From Anthoceros angustus (taxonomy: Eukaryota; Plantae; Anthocerotophyta), in assembly GCA_010909165.1 (NCBI GenBank), contig MU008196.1:650177-714176 (forward strand): DNA of 64,000 nucleotides. The letters run 5' to 3'. This document shows, piece by piece, positions 22,401-36,600 of the stretch. The number at the start of each line of letters is the position of its first letter. Positions within the stretch are counted from its first letter, which is position 1. The notes beneath the pieces are model-generated. The model saw nothing but the letters and a program-made list of their open reading frames with translations, searched no databases and was not told where the DNA came from. Both the position numbers and the translations under genes were made by a program.

Positions 22401-24590
22401 TGTAAATCTCTTCCTACCTCACACAACTATCCTCCTCCAAGGATGTTATGAGTTTGATGATCAAGTACTGTGAATAACTTCCATAACCTTAAGATACGAG
22501 GAATCGACACCATCGAACATCATATTAGTTCATTTCGCATGGCAAGATCCCAACTTGAAGCTGCTTCCAATTCCAAACTCTACGAGTTATCGTGTTTTTT
22601 TGCATCGTGCTATCCTCCCTTCCATCCTCCTATAGATCATTTGTGACACAACTCAAAATGTCAGGATTAAGAATGAACTAAAGAAATTTTGGTGAAACAA
22701 AATCGCTTGAAAATAAACTTAAGTGAATGTATATGTCCATCCCTCCCACCCCCGCACATATAATAAGGAGGGGAGGGGGGAGGGGAAGGCATGGCGATTC
22801 ACATAACCACCTTCCGCCTCGCGCCCTGGGAATACTGATAGGCTATGGCGGCGAGGGAGTAGCATCCAGCCACGCAGACACGCCAGCAAGACGTTGCTGC
22901 ACGCCGTTACTGTGCCACAAAGCAGTGGCATGGGCGTGGGATTGGCCGCGAGCACACTTGAGGAGAGTGCAGCGGCCAATCTCTTGCAAATTGCCTGCAA
23001 CCAAGAAATTTCAAAGAAATTTGTCCCTCGACACACACTGCGGAGAAGGCAGCCTGTGAGGCTCCTACTTGGGAGGACGCCTGTGTATGATGGTGCTGCC
23101 ACCGGCTGGTCCAAGTGTGATGCAGGCGGGCATTGGAGAAATCGCTTGCGGTGGAAAGATTCCTCGAAGTGGGCGGAGCCATGCGATGCTCGATGGAGTG
23201 GTCGATGGAACCAATATGAAGTCAGTGGAAATGAAAAGAGCCAGTTGCTCAAAATTGTCGAGAGGATGCAGACTCCGCCATCGCTTAGCCTCGCCATCTG
23301 GTCCTATGTGTATGCCCATTCATGTTTATCTCTCCTCCTCAGACTCGGAGAATGATGATCCTGCAGAGAATAGAAGATCCAGCTCCCCATATTGTAGAAA
23401 TAAGCAGACGATGAATGCTGATTGTGAGGCACCAGTAGATGAAGCCGGGAGGGCCTACTGCGAAGGAAGCCCATCCTGGCAGGCACGTGTGGTGCGCAGA
23501 GATATCGTGGCAGATGTTGAACACACTGAAGAAATGGCCAAATATGCAGCTAGTACGATGTCCTAGATCTGTTCTTAATATCAGCAAACAACTTATTAAT
23601 GTCGAAAATAAATAGGATGCTGGATGTGCAGGATATGAACAGAGGATGATGGAAATGGAAGCACAGGAGAGGATGGATAAAGGGTATCCAAGAGAAAATT
23701 GGAAGAAAGAAAATAATCAAGGTGAGAGTAAGAAGAAGTGGTAACTCGAATATCAAAATTAAAGTTTTATGTGATAAGTGAAAACTAAAGCATGATTATT
23801 GTGATTAGGTAAGGAGAAGTGCGTGGGCATTAGAGGGATTAGGCTAGCTGTCCCTACGAGACCTAACAGTGCTAGAAAGGACAAGTATGACATACCCGAG
23901 GTAGTATTGCCAACAGCCACCCTAATCGAAAATGTGTACCTAATCTATCCTGGGGATATAGAGAATGCAGATACCCCGGAAGAATATGTATGCTAGGAAA
24001 CGGGAATCCATATGGTGTGGATTGGTTATGAGCCATGTAAGGAGTACAAGGGCCATGTGAAGCGCACATATTGTGAGTATGAAACAAAACTAAAAGTTAG
24101 TAAAAAGTATGTGAATTTTTAAAACTTAAATAAATACTAAAATTGATCAGGTTCAATGTGGCACTCATGAGGAAGAGATGACATACGTAAGATTCTCTAG
24201 AGATAGATAATGAACTGAATTATTTAGACAAAATACTAGACCTCTCTAGAAAATGAAGGTAGATTTAGGATGATTTGGGCTTGATGTCTAAGACCCTAAA
24301 CTCTTCATATATGCTTGCTATGTAACTTTCCTACCTCACACAACTATCCTCCTCCAAGGATGTTATGAGTTTGATGATCAAGTACTGTGAATAACTTCCA
24401 TAACCTTAAGATACGAGGGAATCTGACACCATCGAACATCATATTAGTTCATTTCGCATGGCAAGATCCCAACTTGAAGCTGCTTCCAATTCCAAACTCT
24501 ACGAGTTATCGTGTTTTTTTGCATCGTGCTATCCTCCCTTCCATCCTCCTATAGATCATTTGTGACACAACTCAAAATGTTGTCTTGAAG
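20772..24590. repeat. Local tandem duplication D4 (about 1.9 kb x2), junction near 22666
   Basis: The Copia gag breaks at CAACTCAAAATG and jumps to ATTAAGAATGAACTAAAG; ATTAAGAA microhomology is visible in copy B near 48120. Confidence 0.85.
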
Positions 24591-25884
24591 AATAGAATAT
24601 GAACAAGTATGGTACACGGATACTTTGGACATAAGTGTAAATGAGTTGATTGGAGCATTGATCACAGTGAGGAGGTCAAATCGACGCTCATGACTCCCGA
24701 TCTAGCTGGGCAGAAGTGATGTACCTAGAAGAGGCATCGAAGAGGTCGCTTGAGGCCGAAGAGGACCTCCTTCTATTAGGACTGCCAATTCCTCACCCAG
24801 CTTTCACAATGGAGCTTCTTCGTCTTCTTCCACACCTGCAAGAGGTATCAAGAAGACGGGCACTATTTGCAGTTGGTGCAGAATACCAAATCACATGGAG
24901 AAGGACTGCAGAAAGAAGAAGAGTGGTGAGCCAAGGAAAGAGGCATCACCAGGCGCAGCGCACATGTTGGCTGTGAAGAAACCCTCTTCATCAACTCCTT
25001 CATACGCACTTCACAAGAGCTTTCTGGCCTCATCCAAGCCTTCTAATCTTTACTAATACTTGGATAGTGGAGCTAACTCACACATCTGTCATAACAAAAA
25101 CTCTTTTGAGTCTTATTCCCCAATCACAGAACACCGGTTTGTTCTTTTGGGAGATGATCACAACCTCCAATAATTGGCCGTAGGTTCGAGTTGTCACGAA
25201 ATATCGAGGATGTTCCCTACATGTGTCGACTTCCACTTATGTCATGTCCTTCATGTACCAGCCATGTGTAAAAATCTAGTCTTTGGCCTCTAGTTTGTGT
25301 CACGACCACTACTATACTATGGCGGCAAGTCACATTCCTTTTCGCGGATAGTTGTCTTATTTCTTTTTGTTCCAATGGAAAGTCACATGTCATGCGCCTT
25401 AGGGCAACAGGGGAGGATGGGCTATATAGACTTTCAACCCAAGTGGGTCGCATGACACATTCCACAAATGTAAAGGCGTCCCACAATTCCACTCCCATCG
25501 TGAGCTCATACCATGTTATGGTATTGTCGTCCTTAGTCATCCCAATAGCCAAAAATTAATACAAATGTCCTGGGCATGACACCTCCTATAGATCACCACA
25601 CTTCCTCACATACAACACACCTTCCTTGGTGAGCCTTAATATTGTGCAAGCGACATCAAGCTCCTTTTCGTAACATCTCTCCTAGGGCTACATCACCTCG
25701 CAGCTTGTTCACATGCACATTTGTGGCCCTATCTCTACATACCTTCTTCGCGGTAGCGAGTATATTTTTGACCTTCATTGACGACTACTCCCGCTTCACT
25801 TACTTACTTATCCTCAATCACAAGGTGATACTTATCATTTTTGTATGGATTATATGGCCCGGGCGAGAGATTATCAGATAAGAA
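24335..25884 (+). mobile_element. Ty1/Copia family C2: gag-protease-integrase fragment (partial copy also at 22405-22660)
   Basis: QLYSSKDVMSL, LLSSLPSSY, zinc knuckle CSWCRIPNHMEKDC, protease LDSGANSHIC, integrase FIDDYSRFT; interrupted by a Gypsy LTR. Confidence 0.85.
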
Positions 25885-27686
25885 TGTCACACTGACAACC
25901 CCACGACACAAGTGTGTGAACGCTTAGTTCACTTAGCTAGGGTAATTCCATGGCATTATCCGGAATAACAATGCCGAGATAATTCAATATAAAGCAAGGG
26001 GAGTTAGTTGAGCCTCCGTCTGGCAGTATAGTTAGTGGAACCCGTCTCGGCAGAACGTACGGACGCGGGCCGTTTGACCAACGGACCGGTACAAGAGACA
26101 TCCCAAGATCAACAAGCGGCTACCTCCGATCGAGTCCTCGCTCAAGCCTCACGCCGGGTCTGCAGCGACATTTGGTATCGAGCCTCTCACGATCCATGCA
26201 CGCTGGAGCAGGTAGGTTGCCGCAATGACGCGCGGATCCGGGCGGGCCCAGAGAAACCCACGATGAGCGATTGCGTTCCAATCGAAGTCAATCGTAGAAG
26301 CCCCGCGAGCGATGAAGAACTGGTCAAGGGATTGGTGGTGACCGGTCCTGAGGAGACTTCCCACCAGGCCCTCGATGGAGGGACGCCTCCGAGTGTAACC
26401 TAGGACAGGAGCTGCGGGAGAGACGTAAGAGGCGCAGTGGAGAAATTGCTGCCGATAGCAAGAGCAAGCAGAGTTGGGAGTCGCTTGCCTACCGGGTGCG
26501 GGAGGGACACGTGCTGGGGTCGGGACTATTGGCAACAACCCGCGACTCATCGGCGGCCCCTTTAAAATGAGGAAGCATCGGATCCTACATCAAGAGAGGT
26601 GACAAGCCAATAATGAAAAGACGTCTGAACCAGAAGGACAACGAATCCAACTTGTTGCACACCGTGCAAGAACATAGTCGGGAGCAATCCTGTGAAGAAA
26701 TCTCGGGAAGTTTAGAAACGCAAGAAAAGTGCGAGAGGTGGAAACAAATGATCAATGAGTAGAAGCAAACTGAGGAAAACCAGCCCACCTCGAACGCCAG
26801 CTGAGGGCGCCCCACAGCGCTGGGACAACCTGAAGCTCACCCCACCCCAACCCGCCCCACTGCACGGCCACCGTCAATTGTCATCCATGCCCAATCGCGA
26901 ACAACACTCCACCACCACCTTTAGAAAGTCTAATGAGAGCGAAAAGCGGCCAAGACCTGCAGACACCGCGGCCACTCATGACCGGGTCTGGCCAGCAAAG
27001 GATGAAGCCACAGGAAGCTTTTGGTCGAAGCAGTTACCGGAGAGAAAGATAACCAAGAGATCAAGGCGTTGGCAAGAAGGCTGCAACTCATGCAAGCATT
27101 AAAATCGGGAGTCACAACGGGTAAAGATGAAGATTACCAACGAGAGAGGAAGGTGAACTGCTCAAGTCCCGTGCCCAGCTTGGATCGGATCTCGCAGAGG
27201 AAGATTAAACATCCACCTTGACTTTGGATTGTGAAGGACGACAAGCTGCCTATGATTGGACTCGATAAGACTAAAGATACCGGCACCAAGGAAAAGACGA
27301 CCATCGAGAATTCGCTTTTGCACCATGTCCCTCGAAGGGTACGCATATCGATTGTGGCGGCAGAGTAAACGACAGGTGGAGCTCGGATGGAGGAACCCAT
27401 CCACCGTGGACCCCTGCTGCTAACAAGCTTCTAGAACAATTCCTACCCATCAACCACCTAAGGACCTATATCAAGAGTTTCGGACTATCTCCAACAAGGT
27501 ACCATTCAAGATTATTGCTAATTTGCAATTTTACCCTCGATATGCAAGGTCTTGACTAAGAGCGTAAAATCAAGAAATTCGTCGATGGCTCACGATAGGA
27601 GATGCAAGTGACGCTACTAACGAACCCCCACCGGTGGAGGCAATGAAAGCCGCAAAGGAATTACTTGAGTCAACAAATATAAGTAT

Positions 27687-30600
27687 CAAGGATCGTGGCA
27701 AAGACATGATGGTGGAAAGAGGAGAGGAGAGGAGGAGGCAAGTGTAACTCTCTCACATTGAGATGAGGCTTGGAGGGTATTTATACCTCCAATAGGCTCC
27801 TAGGAAGCTCCACAAGAAGCCCCTAGGAAGGAGCACAAGAAGCTTCCTAGTGATTAGCTTGCTAAACTAATGATACTTAATCGACACCTAACTTAGACTA
27901 AGTGTATTAGTCTAAGTACATTGGGCTTTAATACCCTTACAACCTCCCACTTAAAGGCCAATTTACCTTAGAGAATGGACTATCTCATGCCCATCGTCCG
28001 AGCTTGTGCAAATTGCTCGTAGAGAGTCCCTTGGTAAGAATATCTCAGGGTTCCGGTGTGAACCTTGACAAGTTGTACCCTCTTGTCATCCAACACCTCT
28101 CGAATGAAGTGATACTTCACATCCACATGTTTAGTCTTCGCATGAAACATCGGATTCTTTGCCAATTGGATAGCACTGCTATCACAATGCAACACCGGCA
28201 CTCAACCTTGATCCCCAAGTCTCCCACTAAACGAGCAAGCCATATGGCTTCCTTGCAAGCCTCTGTCGCAACATACTCGGCCTCGGTAGATAGCGTAATG
28301 CACGATCGCAAACGAGATCGCCATGAGATCGCCTCCAAAGGTCATGAAGACATAACTCGATGTGGACCTTTTGTCCATATCCTCGATAATCGATCTGTAC
28401 CCAACCACACATGCATCTTCACTAAAACATATGCACAAAGCTTTTGTACCATTCGATACCTCATAACTCCTTTTATCGCCTCCCAATGCTTCTTGCCGTG
28501 GTTTGACATAAACTCGCTAACCACTCCCACGCAAAGGCAATGTCGACGTAGCAATCATTGCATACATCAAACTCCTCAAACCTGATGAGTATGGGACCTT
28601 CTCCATTTCTTTGTCCTCCTCGAGCTTGGGCAATCCGCTTGAAAGTTTCACATATGGAGGCAATGGAGTACCCAATGGCTTCCCTTCCATGTTGAAACGT
28701 TGAAGCACTAATGTATTCCGCGAGACAACAAAGACGCTTATGTCTTCCGACGAATACGCATGCCAAGTATATGGCTCGCCTCCCAAGTCGTCATTTCAAA
28801 GTGAGCATTCAACTTTGACTTCAATGAAATCTCATCAAGACTGCTCCCAAAGAATTAGCATATCATCCACATAGAGGATCAAAATGAGCAAGCTTTGATC
28901 CTTAGCTTGCTTCAGATAGAGGCAATGATCCTCATCGCCACGCTTGTAGCCTTGAGAAAGCATAAATGAGTGGAACTTGTGATACCACTGCCTGCTTCAA
29001 ACCATAAAGGCTCTTCCTCAACCTCGCACACCGATGCTCTTTGCCCTTCTCAACAAAACCTTCCGTTGTGCATGTAGACCTCTTGAAGGTCACCATGCAA
29101 GAATGCCGTCTTGACATCCATCCGCATAAGTTCCATATCATTCCCGGCAACCAAAGCAAGAACACATCGCAAAGTTGTCATTTTGACTACGGTGAGAAAA
29201 TCTCATCAAAGTCAATGCCTTGTTGCTTGAAACCCTTAGCAACCAATCGTGCCTTGTACTTTGGTTTGCCATCAAGGTATGACCTTCATCTTGTACACCA
29301 TTTTGTAGAGTGCCTTCTTATCCTAGGCAACCGAACCAACTCCCAAGTTTGGTTCTTATGCAAATAATTCATTTCGATCGCATGGCCTTCTCCCACTTCT
29401 CTTTGTTGCTCATTGACATGGCCTCTTTGTAAGAAGAGGGTTCCCACAACTGTCACATGACATAATCCAGATGGATCATACCCGCTGTGAGGTGTAATCC
29501 CGCCTCGACCTACGGCACGTGCACCTCTATAGGTGCTTGTTCGACTCTTGGTTCATCTATCGGTGGAGGAATGTGCTCCGCATTACCACGCTATCAACCC
29601 CGCCCATGATGATCATGTCCATCTTCTTGGAAGATCACCCTTCGCACCTCCACTTGGAGTAGGCTTCCTGCATCTTGTTCTCATTGAAGAACACGTCGTA
29701 ACAACCTTTCTAGCCTCGGATCCCACAAACGGTATCCCATCTCACCAGAATCACCATAGCCAAGAAAAATACATTTCTTGGACTTAGGTGCCAACTTGTC
29801 CCAAACTCTTTTGGAACATGGCATGCCTCATGCCCAAACACTCGCAGATGCTTGTAGGATGGTTTCTTTCCGCACCATAGCTCCTCGAACCCGCCATCAA
29901 TTTTTATTAGGAGATCTTAATAAGATGAAGCAGAGACACGCCGCCCAAAACCCATTAGGCAATCCGAGTTTGACAACAAACTACGCATCCTCTCCGAATG
30001 GTTCTGCTTCATCCGCCACCACACCATTTTGTGGAGGAGATACGTGGAGGCAATCTCTTTTGAGATTCATCCTCTAGTTGCCACACTTATCCCATCGGCT
30101 GCTTCGCACGCTGGGTTTCATCTCCCCATGACTTGCACCGGCCGATCTTGAGAAACCGCTGCCACCGCAGTTTCCTACACTACCTGCCTTCTAAACAAGC
30201 AAGGCGCATGCTCCCTCTACAGATACACCGCCCAGACCGTGTAAATTCACCACGCCCACCTACAACGACACCCCACGATAGGTCCACACCCTACGGCAGA
30301 GGGTGAAGGTGCTACACGGGACCCCCTCACGCTGACTTCACCACCCCGTGATCTTCCACTATTCCTTTCCCATCGCCTTCCCACAATACATCGTCAACCA
30401 CCAACTCGACCAGGGCCGCTCCCCGCCCGCCGAATCGCCGCCTCAGACCTACAACCAACAACAAACAATTGTAGGGCCTACCCTCCTACCACTTGTAGGA
30501 GAGTTGTAGGAGATCTAGTAATCGTGGGCCAAGACACCCTCATTCCTACGTGGGGAGGAGACACCTATCCCAACGCACGCAGGGCGATCCTACCACCGTA

Positions 30601-33600
30601 GGGGTCGCACCGGCGCGCAAAGATTACCTCGCCTCAGTTCAAGGCCTCCAACTCTGTGCCCGCGCCCAACTACAACATGGCGCCCACAAAACTCCACACC
30701 GGCAGCAGCCCACGACACCTCCGCCGCCCCGATCTCCGCCTCGGACCTACAACGACATCCCATGTCAGAGGTCCCACCCTCACGGCAGGTCCACGCTCAC
30801 GCACATAGGGACCCCTACAACAGCATGACTTCTCCACCCCGTGATTTTGAGACCTTAGCTCACCTCCCCTCGGTTTGGTGCATTTGGGACCCTCCCTTAG
30901 GCTCGACTTGGGCCTCTTCTTACTCCTAATCTCTACCTACTCCTCTACTCAACATTCAGCTCCACATTCTCCTCAACACTCACCTCAACTCAACTCCTCA
31001 TCCTCCTAATCTAACCTTACTTCAAGCTCATGCCCTAGCTGCCCTTATGGCACAACCGCCTGGGTCCGCCACAAGCCAACAAGTTCTTCCTTGGGCGTTG
31101 CTATGAGTTTGCACCGAATGAGAACCTCCAGGAGTCTTTCCCCGTAGTCTACCCTCAAGCCGAGAGTTCCTTGGGCATCGCCACACACCCAAGCAAAGCA
31201 ATTTCACAAAGAACCATTCACAAGGGGAGCAACCGCAGAGGCGCCTGCAAGGAGCGAGCCTCTCCGCCAAGCACTCCGACCACCGCAAACTCCTCTCTAC
31301 CAGACGCAAGCTTTGCAGCCGCACGAAATTCCTTCACAAGGAGCAAAGGACTCATGAGTTTGGGAGCGCAAGACGCGATAATTTTACTTCACAAGCTCCT
31401 CCTTTTATAGGGAGGTCCTCACATACCCTGCGCCTCGCACCGCCTCACTCCTTATTCTAGTGTATCCTATCACGACTTTAAGTTCGACATCCAAGCATCT
31501 TGGGTAAAATTCTATTCTAGCAACTTCACCTATGTGAGCCTTAATGGCTCTGCCAACATTCCTATCTAGCTAGTCAACACACCCCATCTTGACAAGCATT
31601 AATGCCTGTCCTCCTCTAAAGAAAGTCTCCCCAAGCAATGAGCCCACACCCAAGCTACCACCAACCCTTCAATTACCTCTAGATGCCGCCGCACCGCCTC
31701 GTGATCCTACGCCAGGATGTAGGGCCACCTCTACACCTCCTACGAGGGGTCAACTTCTTATGGCCCTACCGCCTCCACGCTCCACGCAAGAAGGTCTCCC
31801 GTGAGCGGATCTTGCTCCATGCCTTCCTCTTCCTCCTCCGAGTCATCCTCACGGCCTTCCATATACTGGATGTGTTGGGCTCTGGGCCCTGCATCCCTGC
31901 CTCAAGTTCCTCTTCTCCCTCCCCCCTAGCAACCAACTTGTTCTTAGGTGCGCGCCACCATCTTGTACCTTCAAAATAATCGCACAAACAAGACAAGCTT
32001 GGGCACGCCCACATGCTCGCTTCCACCTAGTTGTCACCTCGCCACACACAAGATTTCTTCACTCGCCACACAAATCCACCAAGAGAGCAACTTCAGCCCT
32101 TTCCACTTACTTCCTCTTCACTCCACCCCACCTAGCTCAAACTTGATGTCCTCACAAGATAACCCTTATGCGCCCAAATCCCTCACTTGCAAGGTCCTAG
32201 GCACAAAAATTCAGCGCCTTGCCCTCTCTACCGTGCTTCAAATCCTTCACACACAACTCCTTATGCACGCACACCCCTTCCTCCTTGCACACGGCACTCT
32301 GCTCCCACCAAGTCCTTGCTCTAGCCTGCATGCACAAGCTCTTCCTCGCGATTCCTCGCAGCTTCCTAGGTGCCACCCCCACACACCCCGCTTGCATGGC
32401 CCTTTGGTACACCTGAAACTCTTGATATAGGTGCTGATTCCTTGCCATGTGGCACCATTTCCACCGCCCTCGCCCACAAGCCTCCGCCACAACCCCTATT
32501 CCCTCACTAGGGAGACACTTCCCACCCACACCACCCTACCTCCCGCCACGTAGGGAGACCTCACACTCCCTACCAGGGAGACACCTCATCCCACCCATCT
32601 ACCTACCTAACCAATGCCCGTAGGAGCCCCGCCACTCACATCCCACCCATGTAGGGCCACCGGTCACCCTACATACCACAGATCTCACCCCACTTGTCTC
32701 CCACATACCCTTATGGACACTCACCCCACCACATACATACATGTAGGGACATGGTAGGGTCACCTACCACTACACTGTCTCACCCCCTCCACGCCATTCA
32801 CCCACACCTACCCGTGCATCCCCCTACGAGGGGATCACCCTACGTACTACCACCCTACACCTCCTTCTAGGGTCACCCTCCACTCCCTACTCTCATCCTC
32901 CGCCCTACACGGGTGCACTCTCACCACCCTACCCTCTCCGTCCACTATCACCCTACACCTCCCCTCGTAGTGCACCTCCTCCTGTGAGGGAGTGCCATGC
33001 CCACGTCCACTACCACCCTACACCTCCTCGTAGGGTGCACCACTCAAACACTCCAATTAGCTCATGTGACCCCTGCACCCACACCACCTCTCCAATTAGC
33101 TCTCATGTGATCGTATAATAAGTTGAAACACCTCACACAGGTGCCCCATCTCGATCGATCCACCCCTAGGACGCTTAACTTTGAGTTCTTACTTCATTGT
33201 CCAACACACCCAATTGGCTTGTGCACAACACTCAAGAATAAATGAGTTATTCCCTGAACTCCTCACACCTCCAACAACATCTCGTATCAACCCTCCTTGC
33301 TACCCATTTCTCCTCGCCCACCACAACGGCCTCCCTTCACTTTGACTTGCAGCCCCACCGCAAATTCCGCCATGCACACCCTGCAGATCCTTCACCATGT
33401 TGCACCCCACACCGCCTTCCTATGGTTTGGCCACACCTCCATCTTGCAGCCCTACAAATTCAGCCGCCGTGAGTGCTCTACCATCTTCCTAGTTCAACAC
33501 ACGCCATCCTCACATCGTGACTCCAGAGCACTTCCATGTGCCTGCACCGCCATGGCCTCCTCTTGCAACCCTTGTGGCTGCTCACTCAACATGAGCTCCT

Positions 33601-36600
33601 CGCCCCATCCTTGCACCGATTGCTGCCTCCTCGCATGCCGAGCTCCCAACCTAGAGCCCCGCAGCAGATCCTCATACCCACCATTACGCACTTGGCCCAT
33701 CTTCCGCAGCAACCCTTGCCACACATCTCTACCTAGCCCCTCCCATCGCAAAATCTCAGCAATATGAGCACCGCCCATGTCTCACTTCTTCCACACTGTG
33801 GCAAATTACTTTGCCTCAAACTTGGTGGTGGCCCCAATAATCGTGCCTTTGCCTCCGCAAGCCTATCAACCGCTTGTGCAAGAACCTCAAGCTACTTCCT
33901 TGGCTTAATTGCCTTCACCCTTTTCCTACCGTGGTAGGAGCTACTCCACGCCCGGTAGGTCATCAAACGCTAGCTAGGCCGCCACCCACGGTAGGACATT
34001 CTCCTACCCATACCCACGGGGTAGGAGTTCTCTCACTTAGCCTACCGTGGTAGGAGTTTCTCCCACGGGTAGGATACCTCCCTACCACGGTAGGACATCT
34101 CCCACCGCTCACATATGTCTCCTACCCTCCTCACTAGAAGGTCATTTCGATCCGCTTTCTTTTCCCTAAGTATCCTCTCTCGCCTTCCCGACAAAGATCC
34201 TACACTCAATCGAACAAAAACATTTCATGTTTCCACCAAACCATTTCTATCAAAAGCAATGGACTGCTCAAAAACAACTCACTTAAACCATTGCCCAAAC
34301 TTTATGCTCCAGAAGATCACGCAGTCAATTCTCTTCGATTCCTTGGAATCACAATGACCGAAAGCTTCAAACATACTTCCACCATTATCTCGCCCTAGAC
34401 ACTTCAATCGGCCGATCGACTCTACAAGGGTGACAAATTTCAAACACCGAACTTCATCCTTTTCCTCAAAGGATAAACCCACACCTATGAGAAATCATCT
34501 ATGAAAGTGACAAAATAGAGGCACCGCCTAATGATGCAGAGGCATACCACATACATCATCGCGGAACCAACTCAAGAGGTTTACTCCTACTTTGTGTTCG
34601 ATGTGATGATTTTGTCTGCTTCCCATATAAACTGGCTCACACATCGAGAGATCGAGAAGAGAACAGGATATAACCGTAACGAGATAAAACCTTCATTCCC
34701 TTCCGAGACATATATGTCCTAACCGCAATGCCACAAGGAAACATTTGGTCGCTCACATCACATGATCTTTGATGGTTTACAAGTGAGTACAAAGTGCCAC
34801 ACTTCGATCCACGAGCTAACACAAGAGAACCTTTGGAGATCTTCCAAGAGTGATCCCCAAACCAGCAGTGGTACCAAAGATCATCCAACCGCCCGCTAAT
34901 CATGCTCTTTGTCAACTTCGAACATGCCTAACGCCCTTCAAAGATGAATGAAGATCCGTTGTCAAACTTGAGTTGCACATCACCCACGCGCGATCCGCAT
35001 GCATAGTTATTTCCAAGCCTAACGATCCTTTCCTTGTAGCATCATACGTGCTAAACCACTCTCTATGAGGAGTAACATGGAAAGATGCACAGTCAATTAT
35101 CCAATTGCGTAATAAATGACTATCCACGGGTTAATTGTGCAGATTCAAGTAAGAAGAGATAAGGACATCTCGTCCTCAGTAGTTTAACTCTTCCAACTCG
35201 ATGCATTTAAGTCGCCTTCTTGTCGCCGCTTCTCTTTCCTTGGTCCTTTTGAACTTCTCGCACTCTTTTGAAGTGACCCCTTTGTGACAATAGTGACACT
35301 CCACATTCTTGTTACGACTACGAGATTTGCTACGAGAGAAGCTCGTCCGTTGCTTCCCTTCGCAGTGGACCTCCCTCTCACTATGAGGGCACCGGAACCT
35401 TTGAAGGTTCCATGTTTTTCCTGCTCACCTCCTCGCCAATGTGCTACCTTCTACATTTACAATGGTAAGACCACTAGCGTAATTACTCGGCATTTAAAGG
35501 TGTCCCAACTCTCCGTAATGTGACCAAACATAGCTCTCACGGAACGGAACGTGATACCTTGAGATGATCGGCTGAAAATGGTATTGAAATCATTCGATGA
35601 TCGGACATCCTCGTCCCTTCCTTCATCTTCAAGTCCACCAAATGTTTCAACCAATACCCCGAGAAGCCGCACTTTGCTTCTCATACAGTCACATACCGCC
35701 ACTCGTGGTCTTATCTTTCACATTGAAGTACACTTTTTGACAATGTTAGCATGATAGTAGATCTAGCAAGCTCATCCGTGTCCCGCCACTCATCCCGAGT
35801 CATACTATCCGTTTGACGCCTAACAACTTTATGGGCTTGATCCGCTTTCGCACTAGAACATTATACACTTGTTCTTTTCCAACGGAAGTTAGTACCATCT
35901 AACTTCTCGATATTGAACATGACATGACGATGAAGACATCATGACTCAAAAATCGATAGACAAAACACTGACTCGCCTTGTCGAAAAGTCAAAGAAGAAA
36001 CCACCGTGCGCCCGTGTATTTTGCCGCTGACTATCCACCGAATATTTCGAATTTCGCACCGCCGCTGCTCGGACCCTCGCTGGCCACCGCGCGCCAAGAC
36101 GGCCACCGCCGCGCTGCACGGCCACGCCACATCACGAGCTACGGCTACCATCAAGGGGCAAGGGCCGGGGCGCTGCGCGCCACAAGGCCGGGCCTGGGCT
36201 CACAAGGGCTGGGCCGGGCCATGCTCGGCGCCAAGGCCCGCGGCGTGCCAAGGCCGGGCGCTGGCCGGGCGAAGGGGCGCGGCGCCTCTGCGCCCGGGCG
36301 CGCTGGGCCCGCCCGCGCCGCGCTCGCTCGCGGCTGCTGCCGGGGCCACGCGCGGGGTTGCCGGCCAAGCGCCCGCTGGCCTCGCGGCCGCGCTGCCCGC
36401 GGCCGCCGCGCCTGCTGCCCGGCCGCTGACGCCGCCAAGGCCCGCACGCCACTGGTGCCGCGCGGCCCGCGGCCGCGTCGCGGCAACACGCGGTCGGGTT
36501 TCGCGCCGCCTCCCCGCCTGGGGCGCTTCGCAGCCTCGCCGCGATCTCGGATCACGCACTCCACGAGCCGCCACTCGCAGCTAGAAAATTCTAGCATCAC

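Noticed and set aside
33925-34094. Palindromic repeats as a CRISPR-like array
   Set aside because: Eukaryotic context, variable spacing and repeat sequence, and no cas-like ORFs.
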